Positions 39,238 through 49,096 are shown, counted from the first letter of the stretch. The stretch is 64,000 nt of DNA from Polyangiaceae bacterium (GCA_033763455.1 JANRKO010000028.1:32001-96000), one strand, 5' to 3'. The notes: generated by a model from the letters alone, not told the origin. Numbers and translations: made by a program.

Positions 39238-40728
39238 TCAGTACGGTTGCATCAACTCGACTGCCGTGGCGCGACTTGGGGTCGGGGTCGGACTCTCGTC
39301 GACGTCGGGTAAGCGCTGCCGCGCGCCGGCATGCTCAGTTTTGGCGGAGCGATCTGCCTGTGCGGATGCTGCGGGTACTGGTTCCACCAATGTTTTTATA
39401 GTGGAAACGGGTGTCGGCGATGCCAACGGCGACGTCGGCAATGGCAAACGCGCGGGGAGCTGCGACTCAATACGGGGCACCGCTTCGTTTGTGCGCACCG
39501 CAGCTGTCCATTTTCGATCAGTTGATGCCCAAACGGCCGCCAGCCCCAACGCAGTTGCTAGCGCTGTCAGCAGCCACGGCAGACGACGCCCCCTGGAGCT
39601 TGCCGTGTTGTTCCTCGGCAAACCGCTTTCCGAAGTTGGAGCAATCACAGCTTGCGACGGGAGAGTGGCCGGCCTCGATACACTGGCGACGAGTGCAGAA
39701 CGTGGGAGCCCAGGAGAAGCCCTGAACCCTTCCGCTTGCACATTCCACTTTGCCTCCAACGAGGCTCCGCAAGCGTCTTCAAGCACACCATGGTGCATGA
39801 GCCACGCAGCCAGCGTTGAACCCAGCTCTTCCATGGATTTAGGCCTGAGATCGGGGTCTTTTCGTAGGCCCCACTGGATGATTTGCGACAGCGAATCGTC
39901 GACGCCCGCCTCGGCGGCGAAGGGCGCAGGCTCGTGTTCAATGATGGAGTAAAGCACGGCAACGTTGCTTCCACCTCCGAACGGAGGCCGTTGGGTGATG
40001 AGCTCATACAAGACAACGCAAAAAGACCAGATGTCGGAGCGGTGATCAATGTTAGCAGTGCCTTGCGCCTGCTCCGGAGACATATAGTCAGGGCTTCCGA
40101 TTAGTGTGCCATCTTGGGTTACTTGCCGAGAGCTTGTGGAGTGGTGGCCACTGAGTTTTGCGATGCCAAAATCCAGCAATTTCGGCTGTAAACTGGCGTT
40201 GCTAGTCGAGAGAAAAACGTTGTCAGGCTTTAGATCTCTGTGAACGATGCCCTTATCGTGCGCTAGCACCAAGGCTTCGGCGATGGGAAGCATCAGCTGA
40301 ACCGCGCGCACGGAGGAGATGGGTCCGCGGGCTGCTAAGTGCGATAGCGGCTCACCATCTAGCAATTCCATGACCACAAATGGCTCGCCTTGCTCGGTTT
40401 CCCCCGCGTCGAACACGCGAACGATGTTCGGATGCACAAGTTGTGCGGAAACCCGAGCCTCGATCTTCAAGCGCTCCCTAAGCTCTGCGCTTGCTTCCCC
40501 CGCTCTCAACAGCTTGAGGGCCACGTGCGAGCCCAACTGGAGGTTGAGTGCACTCCAAACCGAAGCCATGCCGCCTTCGCCTACCAACGTTTCAAGCTGA
40601 TACTTTCCAGCCACAACCATGCCACTCCGGCGTATGCCGGGCGCTCGCGCGGGGGACTGGAGAGGGTCAGAGGTTGGCATTCGGAAGGACAAGCCTTCGA
40701 CTGCGCTGAGCAAGGCCGGGGCACCCAT
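39238..40728 (-). CDS. Membrane-anchored Ser/Thr protein kinase
   Basis: GEGGMASV, HRDLKPDN, DFG, YMSPEQ, TM helix, Pro-rich tail. Confidence 0.96.
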   Translation of the reverse strand: MGAPALLSAVEGLSFRMPTSDPLQSPARAPGIRRSGMVVAGKYQLETLVGEGGMASVWSALNLQLGSHVALKLLRAGEASAELRERLKIEARVSAQLVHPNIVRVFDAGETEQGEPFVVMELLDGEPLSHLAARGPISSVRAVQLMLPIAEALVLAHDKGIVHRDLKPDNVFLSTSNASLQPKLLDFGIAKLSGHHSTSSRQVTQDGTLIGSPDYMSPEQAQGTANIDHRSDIWSFCVVLYELITQRPPFGGGSNVAVLYSIIEHEPAPFAAEAGVDDSLSQIIQWGLRKDPDLRPKSMEELGSTLAAWLMHHGVLEDACGASLEAKWNVQAEGFRASPGLPRSALVASVSRPATLPSQAVIAPTSESGLPRNNTASSRGRRLPWLLTALATALGLAAVWASTDRKWTAAVRTNEAVPRIESQLPARLPLPTSPLASPTPVSTIKTLVEPVPAASAQADRSAKTEHAGARQRLPDVDESPTPTPSRATAVELMQPY

Positions 40729-40857
40729 GCCTAGCTACGAGCAACATTCACGCCATCACGTTTCTTGCCTGGTTGAGCACCGTAGGCCGTATAACCGGGC
40801 GCCGCTGCGACCTAAATGCCGCGCGTGGGGCAATACGCCTCACTCCTCGCAAGCGCT

Positions 40858-41085
40858 TCATGGGTAGTACTCCGGCAGGCGCCGAGGCGAATGCGCTGCA
40901 AGCAGCCGCCATTTGAGGAATCGGTGATAACAGCTCGAGCAGCGAAACGGTAAGACGCCAAAGAAGCTAAGTGCGCGCTCTACCCTTCCGCGCCGCCGAG
41001 AGCGTGTTGAACTCGCTTGGCAATGAGGACAAGCAGGGTGGACCCCGAGAAGCTGAGCTGGACGCGAGGCATTAGAGATAGTCAT
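40858..41085 (-). CDS. Small zinc-ribbon protein
   Basis: CPHC...RSRRRG..ER......PFRCSSC..RF; strong sigma54 motif upstream. Start could also be 41100. Confidence 0.6.
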   Translation of the reverse strand: MTISNASRPAQLLGVHPACPHCQASSTRSRRRGRVERALSFFGVLPFRCSSCYHRFLKWRLLAAHSPRRLPEYYP

Positions 41086-41150
41086 GGCGGGTCTAAACAC
41101 GAATTAGCAGCCCAACATTTTCGCAGGGCACGGAAGCGGAAAATGTACAA

Positions 41151-41166
41151 AGCACGACTCGTGCCA
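41151..41166 (-). promoter_or_regulatory. sigma54 promoter (leftward)
   Basis: TGGCACGAGTCGTGCT; internally palindromic (GCACGA-N-TCGTGC). Confidence 0.7.
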
Positions 41167-41202
41167 GTCGCTTTGGTAACGTGGGCGTGATCGGTTGCCA
41201 CA

Positions 41203-41218
41203 TGGTTCGTTCCTTGCA
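41203..41218 (+). promoter_or_regulatory. sigma54 promoter (rightward)
   Basis: TGGTTCGTTCCTTGCA; predicted +1 about 41229, ATG at 41230. Confidence 0.6.
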
Positions 41219-41229
41219 CTATTCCGAGC

Positions 41230-41598
41230 ATGAGTGATTACCACGAGCCTTGGGAAAAGCTTTCGAGTGAATGCCGAGACCTCCACCGCGCTTTGGTGAG
41301 TTTGAAGGAGGAGATTGAGGCGGTGGATTGGTATGAGCAGCGTGCGTGTTTAGCCGCAGATCAAAGTCTTGCGCGCATTCTGCGCCATAATCGAGACGAG
41401 GAAATCGAACACGCCTGCATGACACTCGAATGGCTGCGCAGGACTGTGCCGGCGTGGGATGCGCAGCTCAAACGCTATCTCTTTACCGCTTCCGAGATTG
41501 TCAAAGAAGAGCCCAAAGCCGAGACATCTCCATTCAAAGGGTTAGCAGACGACGTGCGACCGCCTGCAGAAGCCCCGCACCTTCAGGTGCGCGGCTGA
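41230..41598 (+). CDS. Encapsulin-associated ferritin-like protein (EncFtn/Flp type)
   Basis: YHEP..L, HRALVSLKEEIEAVDWYEQR, HNRDEEIEHACMTLEWLRR, YLFT. Confidence 0.92.
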   Translation: MSDYHEPWEKLSSECRDLHRALVSLKEEIEAVDWYEQRACLAADQSLARILRHNRDEEIEHACMTLEWLRRTVPAWDAQLKRYLFTASEIVKEEPKAETSPFKGLADDVRPPAEAPHLQVRG

Positions 41599-41610
41599 GG
41601 CCTGACCCGC

Positions 41611-43230
41611 TCAATCTAACAGATCCAGGTGGTCGCTCGGGGCAATCGGCGCGCTGTTATCTGGGTTGAGATCGGTGGCTTCATTGGTCAGGTTGGTTCT
41701 GAGCTCGAACAGATCTTTTCTGCGATCCAGAGTGGGCGTCACGCTGCCTCCCCCCCTAGCGCGGTAAAGGTCGTTCACATCGAGGTCGGTCACCAACAGC
41801 GTTTCTACGTTGCTGTCTGCTTCCGACTGGATACCGTCTCGTCCAAACGCAAAATCACTAGGCGAAAATACAGCTGCACGCCCGTAGTGAATATCCATGG
41901 CGGGCACACTCGGTAAATTACCGATTATTCCAGCGGTAACTACATAAATTTGGTTTTCGATCGCTCGCGCTTGGCAACAGGCGCGCACCCGAACGTACCC
42001 GTGACGCGTATCGGTGCAATAGGGAACGAACAGGATTTCCGCACCTTGATCGGCAAGGTAGCGGGCTGCTTCAGGGAACTCGGAGTCGTAGCAGATGAGG
42101 ATCCCGAGTTTCGCCTTAGCAGTGGGGATCACTCGCAGCTCGTCACCACCACTAATCCCCCAGTCGCGCTTCTCGGAGGGGGTGATATGTAGTTTGGGCT
42201 GCCAGATGATGCGCCCATCAGGAAACAAAAACGGGCACGCGTTGAACGTTCGGCCCCCGCGTTCAATAGGATGGCTACCACCAATAATGTGGATCCCAAA
42301 AGCTTTAGCCAATCTGGTCATTAGCTCAACAAAATCATGCTCCATGCGGCTAAGCTCCGCGATCCCTTGGAGTGAGGAAAGCTGGTGCAACGCGGGCTGG
42401 CTCAAGAGCTGCACCGAAAAGAACTCCGGGAAAAGCACAAAATCTGCCCGGTAGTGCGCCGCCGTAGCTACGAAGTACTCCACCTGTTGAGCAAATTCAT
42501 CAAAGCTTGCAACGCGGCGAACCTGATACTGCACCGCCGCAATGCGCACCTTGCGATCGACATTGCTCTCTAGAGGAACGTGATCTGGCTTCAGCCACTC
42601 GAGAAATGTTGCGCAATTCTTGCTCCGAGGGTCGCTGATATAGTTGCGCAGAATGCCACGAACAACGAACCCTTCACGCAACTGAAAGCTGAGGACAAGA
42701 TCCTGCAGCTTCCCATCCTCCACCGCTCGCACGTAGGCTTCTGGTCCCATCTTAGAAGCGTGCTCACAGTAGTCGTGGATTCGCCCACCCGCCACGATGC
42801 GCCGTACGTTGAGACGCCGGGCCAAATCCCTCCGTTCTTCGTAGAGTTCGTGCCCGATACCCAAACCGCGTTTTTCTGGATGCACGTACACATCCGCGCC
42901 GTAGAGCGAATCCCCCTGTGGATTGTGGTTGTGAAAGTAACCGCCGTCTGTCACTCCTGCATAGGTGTGTTGGCGAAACGGATTTGCGCCGAGGTCAACC
43001 ATCAGAGTTGAAACTGCACCTACCAGCTGCCCATCCAGCTCCGCCACGATTTGGCCTTCAGGGAATACGCGCAAGTGGTTAGCGAGCTGCCCCCTATTCC
43101 AGACAATGTTTTGCTCCACCATGCTCGGGAAACAAAGCTTATTGAGCTCGATAAGCTCGTCCATGTCGGCGAGTGCCGCGTGGCGCAAGCAGAGGCTTCC
43201 TTCGGCTGTTTCTACGGTTCTAGGTAACAC
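41611..43230 (-). CDS. Bifunctional GNAT acetyltransferase / carbon-nitrogen hydrolase
   Basis: FPEGQ, DVYVHPEKRGLGIG; nitrilase triad FPEFF / QPKLH / ICYDSEFPE. Confidence 0.93.
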   Translation of the reverse strand: MLPRTVETAEGSLCLRHAALADMDELIELNKLCFPSMVEQNIVWNRGQLANHLRVFPEGQIVAELDGQLVGAVSTLMVDLGANPFRQHTYAGVTDGGYFHNHNPQGDSLYGADVYVHPEKRGLGIGHELYEERRDLARRLNVRRIVAGGRIHDYCEHASKMGPEAYVRAVEDGKLQDLVLSFQLREGFVVRGILRNYISDPRSKNCATFLEWLKPDHVPLESNVDRKVRIAAVQYQVRRVASFDEFAQQVEYFVATAAHYRADFVLFPEFFSVQLLSQPALHQLSSLQGIAELSRMEHDFVELMTRLAKAFGIHIIGGSHPIERGGRTFNACPFLFPDGRIIWQPKLHITPSEKRDWGISGGDELRVIPTAKAKLGILICYDSEFPEAARYLADQGAEILFVPYCTDTRHGYVRVRACCQARAIENQIYVVTAGIIGNLPSVPAMDIHYGRAAVFSPSDFAFGRDGIQSEADSNVETLLVTDLDVNDLYRARGGGSVTPTLDRRKDLFELRTNLTNEATDLNPDNSAPIAPSDHLDLLD

Positions 43231-43439
43231 ACGCTCAGCCTAGAGCGCACTGCCCTACCTCGCAATGATCGTCAATGTGGCGGTTCAGTGCAAAAGTTCG
43301 GGGGCTCGGTTATTGCCGGGCCTGACTCCCCATTGGGAGCGAAGTTCTCACGCGGTCCGTTGGGAGCCAAGAGCCCGGTAACGCCATCTTCTACTTCCCC
43401 CTCCAAGCACAATCTGCCAGTGAAGCGACGCCCGGCAGC

Positions 43440-43820
43440 TCAAGGTGTATGCAAGCGAACCAGCTTGAGCTTAGCCAACCGACGAAAGTCCGCATCCAGC
43501 GACCAGACGTGCCCCCCTCTCTCGGTCGCGATTGCGCCAATCAAGAGGTCCCCTAAGCCGAAGTGTTGACCCGCGGCGACAGCCTTCTGCACCCAGGCGT
43601 CGAGGAGTGTCCAGGTGTCTCGGGTGGGGTAGAAAACGGGTAGAGCCGAGAGCGTGCGCCGCAAGGTCGGTTGCTCTCTGACGGACGCGCCCGCGAGGAT
43701 TTCGAGGCGAACTGGCGCCGCCAGGGCGACTTCCGCGCTGTCCAGAAGAAGAGAGAGCGCAGACACTGACGCCCGCCCCCGGAATGCATCGACCCACACC
43801 GAGGTATCTACAAAGATCAT
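43440..43820 (-). CDS. vapC: PIN-domain toxin
   Basis: IFVDTSVWVD, EILAG, DLLIG, WSLDADF. Confidence 0.92.
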   Translation of the reverse strand: MIFVDTSVWVDAFRGRASVSALSLLLDSAEVALAAPVRLEILAGASVREQPTLRRTLSALPVFYPTRDTWTLLDAWVQKAVAAGQHFGLGDLLIGAIATERGGHVWSLDADFRRLAKLKLVRLHTP

Positions 43821-44038
43821 CGGCCGAGGACGCGCCTATTGGAGGTTGGGCGGCGCCGTGAACCTGCGATGTCGACACTGAGCTCCACCTGGCCCATCAG
43901 GCTCTTCAGTTCTTCAATCCGCCGCTGGCGAATGAGCTCGCGCAGAGAAAAGATCACTACATCTGTCTTCGAGGTGAACTCCAAGAGCGCTTGGGCCTCG
44001 TTCATCAGCTCTACGGGGATATCCAAGGTGGTACGCAT
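43817..44038 (-). CDS. vapB: VapB-family antitoxin (DUF2191-like)
   Basis: MRTTLDIP.ELM.EA......SKTDVV..SLRELI; ATGA overlap with vapC. Confidence 0.88.
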   Translation of the reverse strand: MRTTLDIPVELMNEAQALLEFTSKTDVVIFSLRELIRQRRIEELKSLMGQVELSVDIAGSRRRPTSNRRVLGR

Positions 44039-44295
44039 ACAATTAAGAGTGGATCGTATGCGTACAGATGTCAAATAGGTTGAAGTAGAAGCACCTGCGC
44101 GATCCCAGGAGGTGGAACGGTTGACACTCGACTTTTCTCGGAATGGCAGGGGCGGGTGACGCGTTCTCCGAACCGAGAGGGGCTAGTGCTCGTCCCTGCA
44201 TGCAACGAGTCTGCTGCAATCTACTTGAGGTCGACGCATGGCGACGCAGGTGATGGCGGAGCACATATGTTTTGTAATGAATGCAACACAGGAGG

Positions 44296-44397
44296 ATGAA
44301 AATCATGAAGGTAAATAATCAAGTTCTTAACGGGGCGTGGGCATGCATTGGTACCCCGGGCATATTGGGGTCTCCATCTTCACAAGCAGATCGCTGA
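44296..44397 (+). CDS. Possible small peptide (30-33 aa), not in the ORF track
   Basis: AGGAGG then ATG 44296 or ATG 44305: MKIMKVNNQVLNGAWACIGTPGILGSPSSQADR*; ends 10 nt before the next ATG. Confidence 0.35.
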   Translation: MKIMKVNNQVLNGAWACIGTPGILGSPSSQADR

Positions 44398-44407
44398 AGG
44401 GGGTGTC

Positions 44408-45331
44408 ATGAAGCGCTATTTCATCCAATCGATGCTAGTGGTGGTAAGCATGGGGGCGGGCGCAATGCTCGCCCGCCTCGGTCCTGTTCAGCAGTTGTTT
44501 GCCGAAGCCTCAGTGATCCTGGAGCTCTTAGGCACCACGGCTCCAGCCGCAGCACCTTCCGAGGAGATATTAGGGGTGCTCTCTGGGAGCCACTCAGCCT
44601 CTCAGCTAGCCGGTGAAGACTTTCTTACACGGCTAGCACACAAAAATGGATCAGCGCGGTTGAGTAGCATGCAGCCGGGGCAGTTCAATATCCCTGCGGA
44701 GAACCTGGCTGCGATGATCAAGCTGGGCAAAGAAATGGGCGTCGACCCAGACAGTATTATCTACGTTCCCGCGGTCACGGATTCACCAACCGCCTTTAAC
44801 GCCATCCAAGATAAGCAGCGAGACCTATCGGCCGAAGAAGCTTACAACAGTGAGCACCGGGAACCGGAATGGGCCACGGCGATGGAAGGGATAATGAGGG
44901 AGCGATTTTCACAGGATGAGGTGGAAAAAGCTGGATTTGGAGGCCTGGAACTGGCAGAGGTTGAATGTCGTACGAGCGCTTGCAGGTTGGAAATCGAATA
45001 TCCGGATTCATTGGAAGCGGCGTTGGACGAGCGTCAGGGGATATCCCAGTCTTCGCCGAAAGGTCCGCCGCGCGTTGTGGACTACTTCGTGTCGAGTGCC
45101 GGCCCGCTTTCGAATTGCTTTACAACCGTCTCTGAAGGCAGCGTTCAGACGGAAAGCGGGATGAAACATAGGGTAACGAAACTCGTTCTTTTTTCGGATG
45201 AAGAAATCGACCCGCGCGATTACTCGGAATGGCACGTGAGGACGCGGATCTCGCCCGAGGACCGCGAGAAGGCAGAAGCGTTAGCTGGAAAGGAGACATC
45301 TAGAGATGGTGACAAATCCGCAGAAAAATAG
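44408..45331 (+). CDS. Hypothetical membrane-anchored protein with E.REP.WA...ECRTSACR motif
   Basis: Long ORF, N-terminal hydrophobic segment, purine-rich RBS before ATG 44408. Confidence 0.7.
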   Translation: MKRYFIQSMLVVVSMGAGAMLARLGPVQQLFAEASVILELLGTTAPAAAPSEEILGVLSGSHSASQLAGEDFLTRLAHKNGSARLSSMQPGQFNIPAENLAAMIKLGKEMGVDPDSIIYVPAVTDSPTAFNAIQDKQRDLSAEEAYNSEHREPEWATAMEGIMRERFSQDEVEKAGFGGLELAEVECRTSACRLEIEYPDSLEAALDERQGISQSSPKGPPRVVDYFVSSAGPLSNCFTTVSEGSVQTESGMKHRVTKLVLFSDEEIDPRDYSEWHVRTRISPEDREKAEALAGKETSRDGDKSAEK

Positions 45332-45335
45332 GGTC

Positions 45336-46052
45336 ATGAGAACGCTTCTTGTCTGCCTCGGTGCAACTGTTGCAGGTTATGCGCTGAGCATTTCCTATTG
45401 GCCGCGCGGGCAGGTGGCCGATGCCGTAGCAGGAGTGAAGGTCTCGACGGAACGGGAGCGCAAACCGATTGCGAGCGCGCCTTTTCTCAGAGCACAGGAA
45501 AGGATTCACGCAGGCGTATCCGGTACGCAAAGCAAGGACCTTCCAGTGGCCAGCTGTGGAGGTTCCGCGGATATCAGCGTCCTGCAGCCGGAGCGGATCC
45601 TTCCCCAAACGCCACTCAAGAACCAGCAGGGCTTGCAGCGATTTCTCGAACAACACAGGGAAGGTTTTAACGCCATGAGGCAAGCGCTGCTTCCGCAGAT
45701 TGGCGAGGCAATAGGAAACGCTCGTTATTGCTTCGACAAGGTGCCGGAAATCGGTGTTGCGAATGTCAATCTCATCTGGAATGTGGTCTCGACAGAAAAG
45801 GAGGCTGAGGTGTCAAACATCCGTATTATGGATATTGAGGCCTTTGGCCAAGGCGAGAAAATGGCGATGGAGTGCCTCCAGAAATATGTCCTTGGGCAAA
45901 CTTTCCGGGTAACCGCTGGTGCCACCGAATTCGCACCCTACGATGGAACATATCCTAATCTCATGCCCCTATTCCTCTACCGAAGAAGCGATCACTTAGC
46001 CGGGCGTGTTTCTGTTGGGGAAGATAAGGTGACCTTGCTTGATCCGAATTGA
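45336..46052 (+). CDS. Hypothetical exported protein, C-terminus possibly AgmX/PglI (TonB-C)-like
   Basis: Signal/TM segment; ARYCF...VNLIWNV...VSNIRI...ECLQ pattern. Confidence 0.6.
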   Translation: MRTLLVCLGATVAGYALSISYWPRGQVADAVAGVKVSTERERKPIASAPFLRAQERIHAGVSGTQSKDLPVASCGGSADISVLQPERILPQTPLKNQQGLQRFLEQHREGFNAMRQALLPQIGEAIGNARYCFDKVPEIGVANVNLIWNVVSTEKEAEVSNIRIMDIEAFGQGEKMAMECLQKYVLGQTFRVTAGATEFAPYDGTYPNLMPLFLYRRSDHLAGRVSVGEDKVTLLDPN

Positions 46053-46055
46053 CGG

Positions 46056-46133
46056 CTAGCCTCGATGAACATGCTGCTGCACGGCATCCCCGACGCGGAC
46101 GTTCGAAACGACGACACGCTGGCGGCGGCGCCG
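46056..46133 (+). pseudogene. Sliver of a type I R-M methylase (HsdM)
   Basis: LASMNMLLHGIPDADVRNDDTLA matches the HsdM motif LARMNM.LHGI....I...DTL; the flanking sequence does not continue the protein. Confidence 0.6.
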
Positions 46134-46324
46134 GTATCCCCGCGTGCATCCTCGTGCTGCGCGCACCCTGGGCGAAGCCAAAGGTTTGAGGACTACAAGC
46201 TCGCTGCCCACGGTGACCTTCCACGATCCTTGCTCGAGCCCATGGCCGCAATGTCGCCTATGACAACGCAGGCGTTGAGCCCGCGGTGGTGGACGTGTCC
46301 CTGTCGCTGGTGTGGGGGTCGAGT

Positions 46325-47131
46325 CTAAGCGACCAGGTCCGCGCGAACGGAGAACGAGTCTAGCGTATTTGGACCAAACGTTGTGTTGATGGCGACGTCC
46401 GCCGCGTCACGTCCGCGCGCTATCAGGACGCGCCCAATGCGTGGGACGTTGTTTCGCGGATCGAATGTGTACCAGCTTCCGCCCAGGTAAGCTTCGAACC
46501 AGCCAGCGAAGTCCATCGGAGCGTCGGTCGCTGGCACGCCGATGTCGCCCAAGTAGCCAGTGCAGTAGCGCGCCGGAATGTTCATGCAGCGGCATAACGT
46601 GACGGCTAGGTGCGCGTAGTCGCGACACACCCCACGCCGCTCCATATAAGCCCCGTAGGCGGTTTTCGTGGGGCTGGCATACTGGTAGCCGAATTCGACG
46701 TGGTGGTGGACGAAGTCGCAAATTGCCTGTACTCGCTGCCAGCCCGTCGGGCCTTGCGAGAACGTCTTCCAAGCGAAGTCCGAGAGCAGATCCGTTTCGC
46801 AGTAACGGCTGCCTAGCAGGTATACCAAGCTATCCTCCGGCAAGGCATCCATCACCAATTGCTCGGCGGTGGGCGCCACGACGTCCGGGAGGCCGTTGTC
46901 GTTGATCAGAGCTTGGGACCAAATCCGAAGCTTGCCTTGAGGGGCCACGAGCCGCGTGCACCAATTGCCGAAGCCATCTCGGTAGGCTCGCGTGGCGATG
47001 TGAGGGGCTGTCTGCATCTGGTCTGCCTCCACCAAATCCGCCGCGCGCGAATGGTGAATGTTCAGCGTCAAGATAATGGGAGTCGGCTGCGGGAAGGTGT
47101 ATTGAAGCTCGTAACCAAGTCGAATTTGCAC
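46325..47131 (-). CDS. Transglutaminase-like family protein
   Basis: DGFGNWCTR, SRYCETD, GVCRDYAH, NIPARYCTGYLGD, FDPRNN, GRDAADV. Confidence 0.93.
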   Translation of the reverse strand: MQIRLGYELQYTFPQPTPIILTLNIHHSRAADLVEADQMQTAPHIATRAYRDGFGNWCTRLVAPQGKLRIWSQALINDNGLPDVVAPTAEQLVMDALPEDSLVYLLGSRYCETDLLSDFAWKTFSQGPTGWQRVQAICDFVHHHVEFGYQYASPTKTAYGAYMERRGVCRDYAHLAVTLCRCMNIPARYCTGYLGDIGVPATDAPMDFAGWFEAYLGGSWYTFDPRNNVPRIGRVLIARGRDAADVAINTTFGPNTLDSFSVRADLVA

Positions 47132-47340
47132 GGGGCACCTGTAGTCGGCCGCTTACGAGCGCCGCTTTCGCCGGCACCCTAGCACGCCCGAACGCTCGCA
47201 TTCCGAAGCCGCACAATTGAAACACTGCGGACTCGCTGTGTTCACGCCGGCCCACGCCTAAACGCCATTGCTTCAGCCAGGCATTCCAACGATAACAACT
47301 CAGACGCCGCACGTCCGCGATATGTTTCGCGAAGCCCCAG

Positions 47341-48828
47341 TCAGCAGTGGCAAGTAAATCGCGGCCCCAAGGCGAGCCTTGCAGGCCGCCAGAAGGCTCC
47401 ATCGTGCTCTAGAAGAAGCGCACCATCGGTGAACACGGGTAGCTGCCCTTCGGTCAATTGCATGGCGGCCGATGGCGAGAACACCAGTCGATGGTCACCG
47501 AGGGCCCGCGCCTGGTCCATGATGGTCGTTGATTCCACGACTTCCCTGAAGCTTGCACCGGATACCTTGAACAGGCTGAAAGCCCAAGCACCCCAGCCTC
47601 CACCGCAGAAGGCGCCTGCAGTCACCTCCACGCTGACGTAGCGTTCCCCGCTGATCGGGTGCTCGTATGCCCATGCAACGCGCTCGATGGGCTCTTCAAG
47701 GTACCATGGGCCCGACGCTCGCGTCCGAGGCGCAGCGGTGCTGATAGCGTATTCCGGGGGCTTTCCCGCCACCGGTGCGGAGTCGAAGTCTGCCTGTAAC
47801 CTTCGCCCTTCTGAGGTGTTGCCTAAGGCGCGAAGGGCTTGTTCAACTGACTGAGGGTCGAGTGGCATTCGCGAGAACAATACCGGTTTGGGGAGGTTTG
47901 CGGCTCGCGCCCACAGCGCTCCTGCACAATGACCAGCTACGAGCTTCGGATGGCCAACAACGAATCCTTCGTCGCTCAGACGTCGAACGCTCGATACTAC
48001 GTCTTTCGCGTCGGTATCTTGCAGCATTGGGCGCAACGGAAATCCTTCAAAAATAGCGACGAGGCCATCGATCCGAACGCGGCATTTCCAGGCGTCTGAG
48101 TAGAGGTCGTATTCCATGCCCACAAAGGTTTTGAGGTCTTTGCCGAGCTCGCTAGTGACGTTAGCCTGAGAGTGGTTATCATCTAGCCAGACTAAGTTTT
48201 CGGTCGATGTCGACTGAGCGAGCCGCCCGAGTACGGGACCTAAACCTGCAACGGTTGGTTGTAGAAATGCGAACTCTTTGACGGAGTAGCGGTTGATATT
48301 CTGATGCGCGCTAGCGACGCGAGATTCGATCATCTCTTCACGCCCAATTCTTAAGACTGCCCCGTCCATCCGCAGTACCAGCTGTTTTGGCCCGTTATCC
48401 CGAAATCGCGGTGTGGCCCAGGATTGTTGGAAACGAACGACTGCGCCCTCTGCGGTGAGGATTACGTGAACGTCAGACGCGGTGACATGCGGATTCTGCT
48501 GGAAGAGCTGCCGCCGATCGACAAGCCACCCTTTCCGATCAAAACGCCTCTCTTTGGACTTGGCGCGTTTGATCCCCACGAATGGATCTCCATAAAATTG
48601 TTGGTACGCCTCAAAGTCTCCGCGGTTCTGGGCGTTAATCCACTGCGTCGTGAACGTCAGCACCATCTGTTCGCTCACCCTCAAGGCTTTGTTGGGACTC
48701 GGACGCAGCTTTGCGCTAGAAGCCTCCGCGGGGCGGGGGATTGCTCGCACTTCGGAACGGGGCGCTTCCTGGCACGCCGCAAGCATCCAACACGCCCACC
48801 CAATTAATACTGAAAGCTGAATCCTCAT
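47341..48828 (-). CDS. Hypothetical lipoprotein with NTF2/SnoaL-like N-terminal domain
   Basis: LAAC lipobox; W..AQN.GDF.AY..FY, VRFQQ......D.G.K.L pattern. Confidence 0.7.
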   Translation of the reverse strand: MRIQLSVLIGWACWMLAACQEAPRSEVRAIPRPAEASSAKLRPSPNKALRVSEQMVLTFTTQWINAQNRGDFEAYQQFYGDPFVGIKRAKSKERRFDRKGWLVDRRQLFQQNPHVTASDVHVILTAEGAVVRFQQSWATPRFRDNGPKQLVLRMDGAVLRIGREEMIESRVASAHQNINRYSVKEFAFLQPTVAGLGPVLGRLAQSTSTENLVWLDDNHSQANVTSELGKDLKTFVGMEYDLYSDAWKCRVRIDGLVAIFEGFPLRPMLQDTDAKDVVSSVRRLSDEGFVVGHPKLVAGHCAGALWARAANLPKPVLFSRMPLDPQSVEQALRALGNTSEGRRLQADFDSAPVAGKPPEYAISTAAPRTRASGPWYLEEPIERVAWAYEHPISGERYVSVEVTAGAFCGGGWGAWAFSLFKVSGASFREVVESTTIMDQARALGDHRLVFSPSAAMQLTEGQLPVFTDGALLLEHDGAFWRPARLALGPRFTCHC

Positions 48829-49096
48829 AGCTCTTTGGCCCCAGTCACTGGGTACGCTAGGCGCCCAGCAAACCTTCGCCAAGCGGAATGCACGGCAAGC
48901 AACCTTTGTCCTCACCACGCAGGCCGGCGGGATGCCTCGTCGACGCTATGGACGATCACGAACCGCTATTGGCACGCTTCACACTGGGGAATGCCCCCAC
49001 TGGCAAGAGCCCGTCGGTATGGCGCGGGGTAGCGTGCAGATCGGAGCCCAAAGGCCCCGCTGAGACGTTTTGCTCAACATCGGCTAGCGTAGAGCC

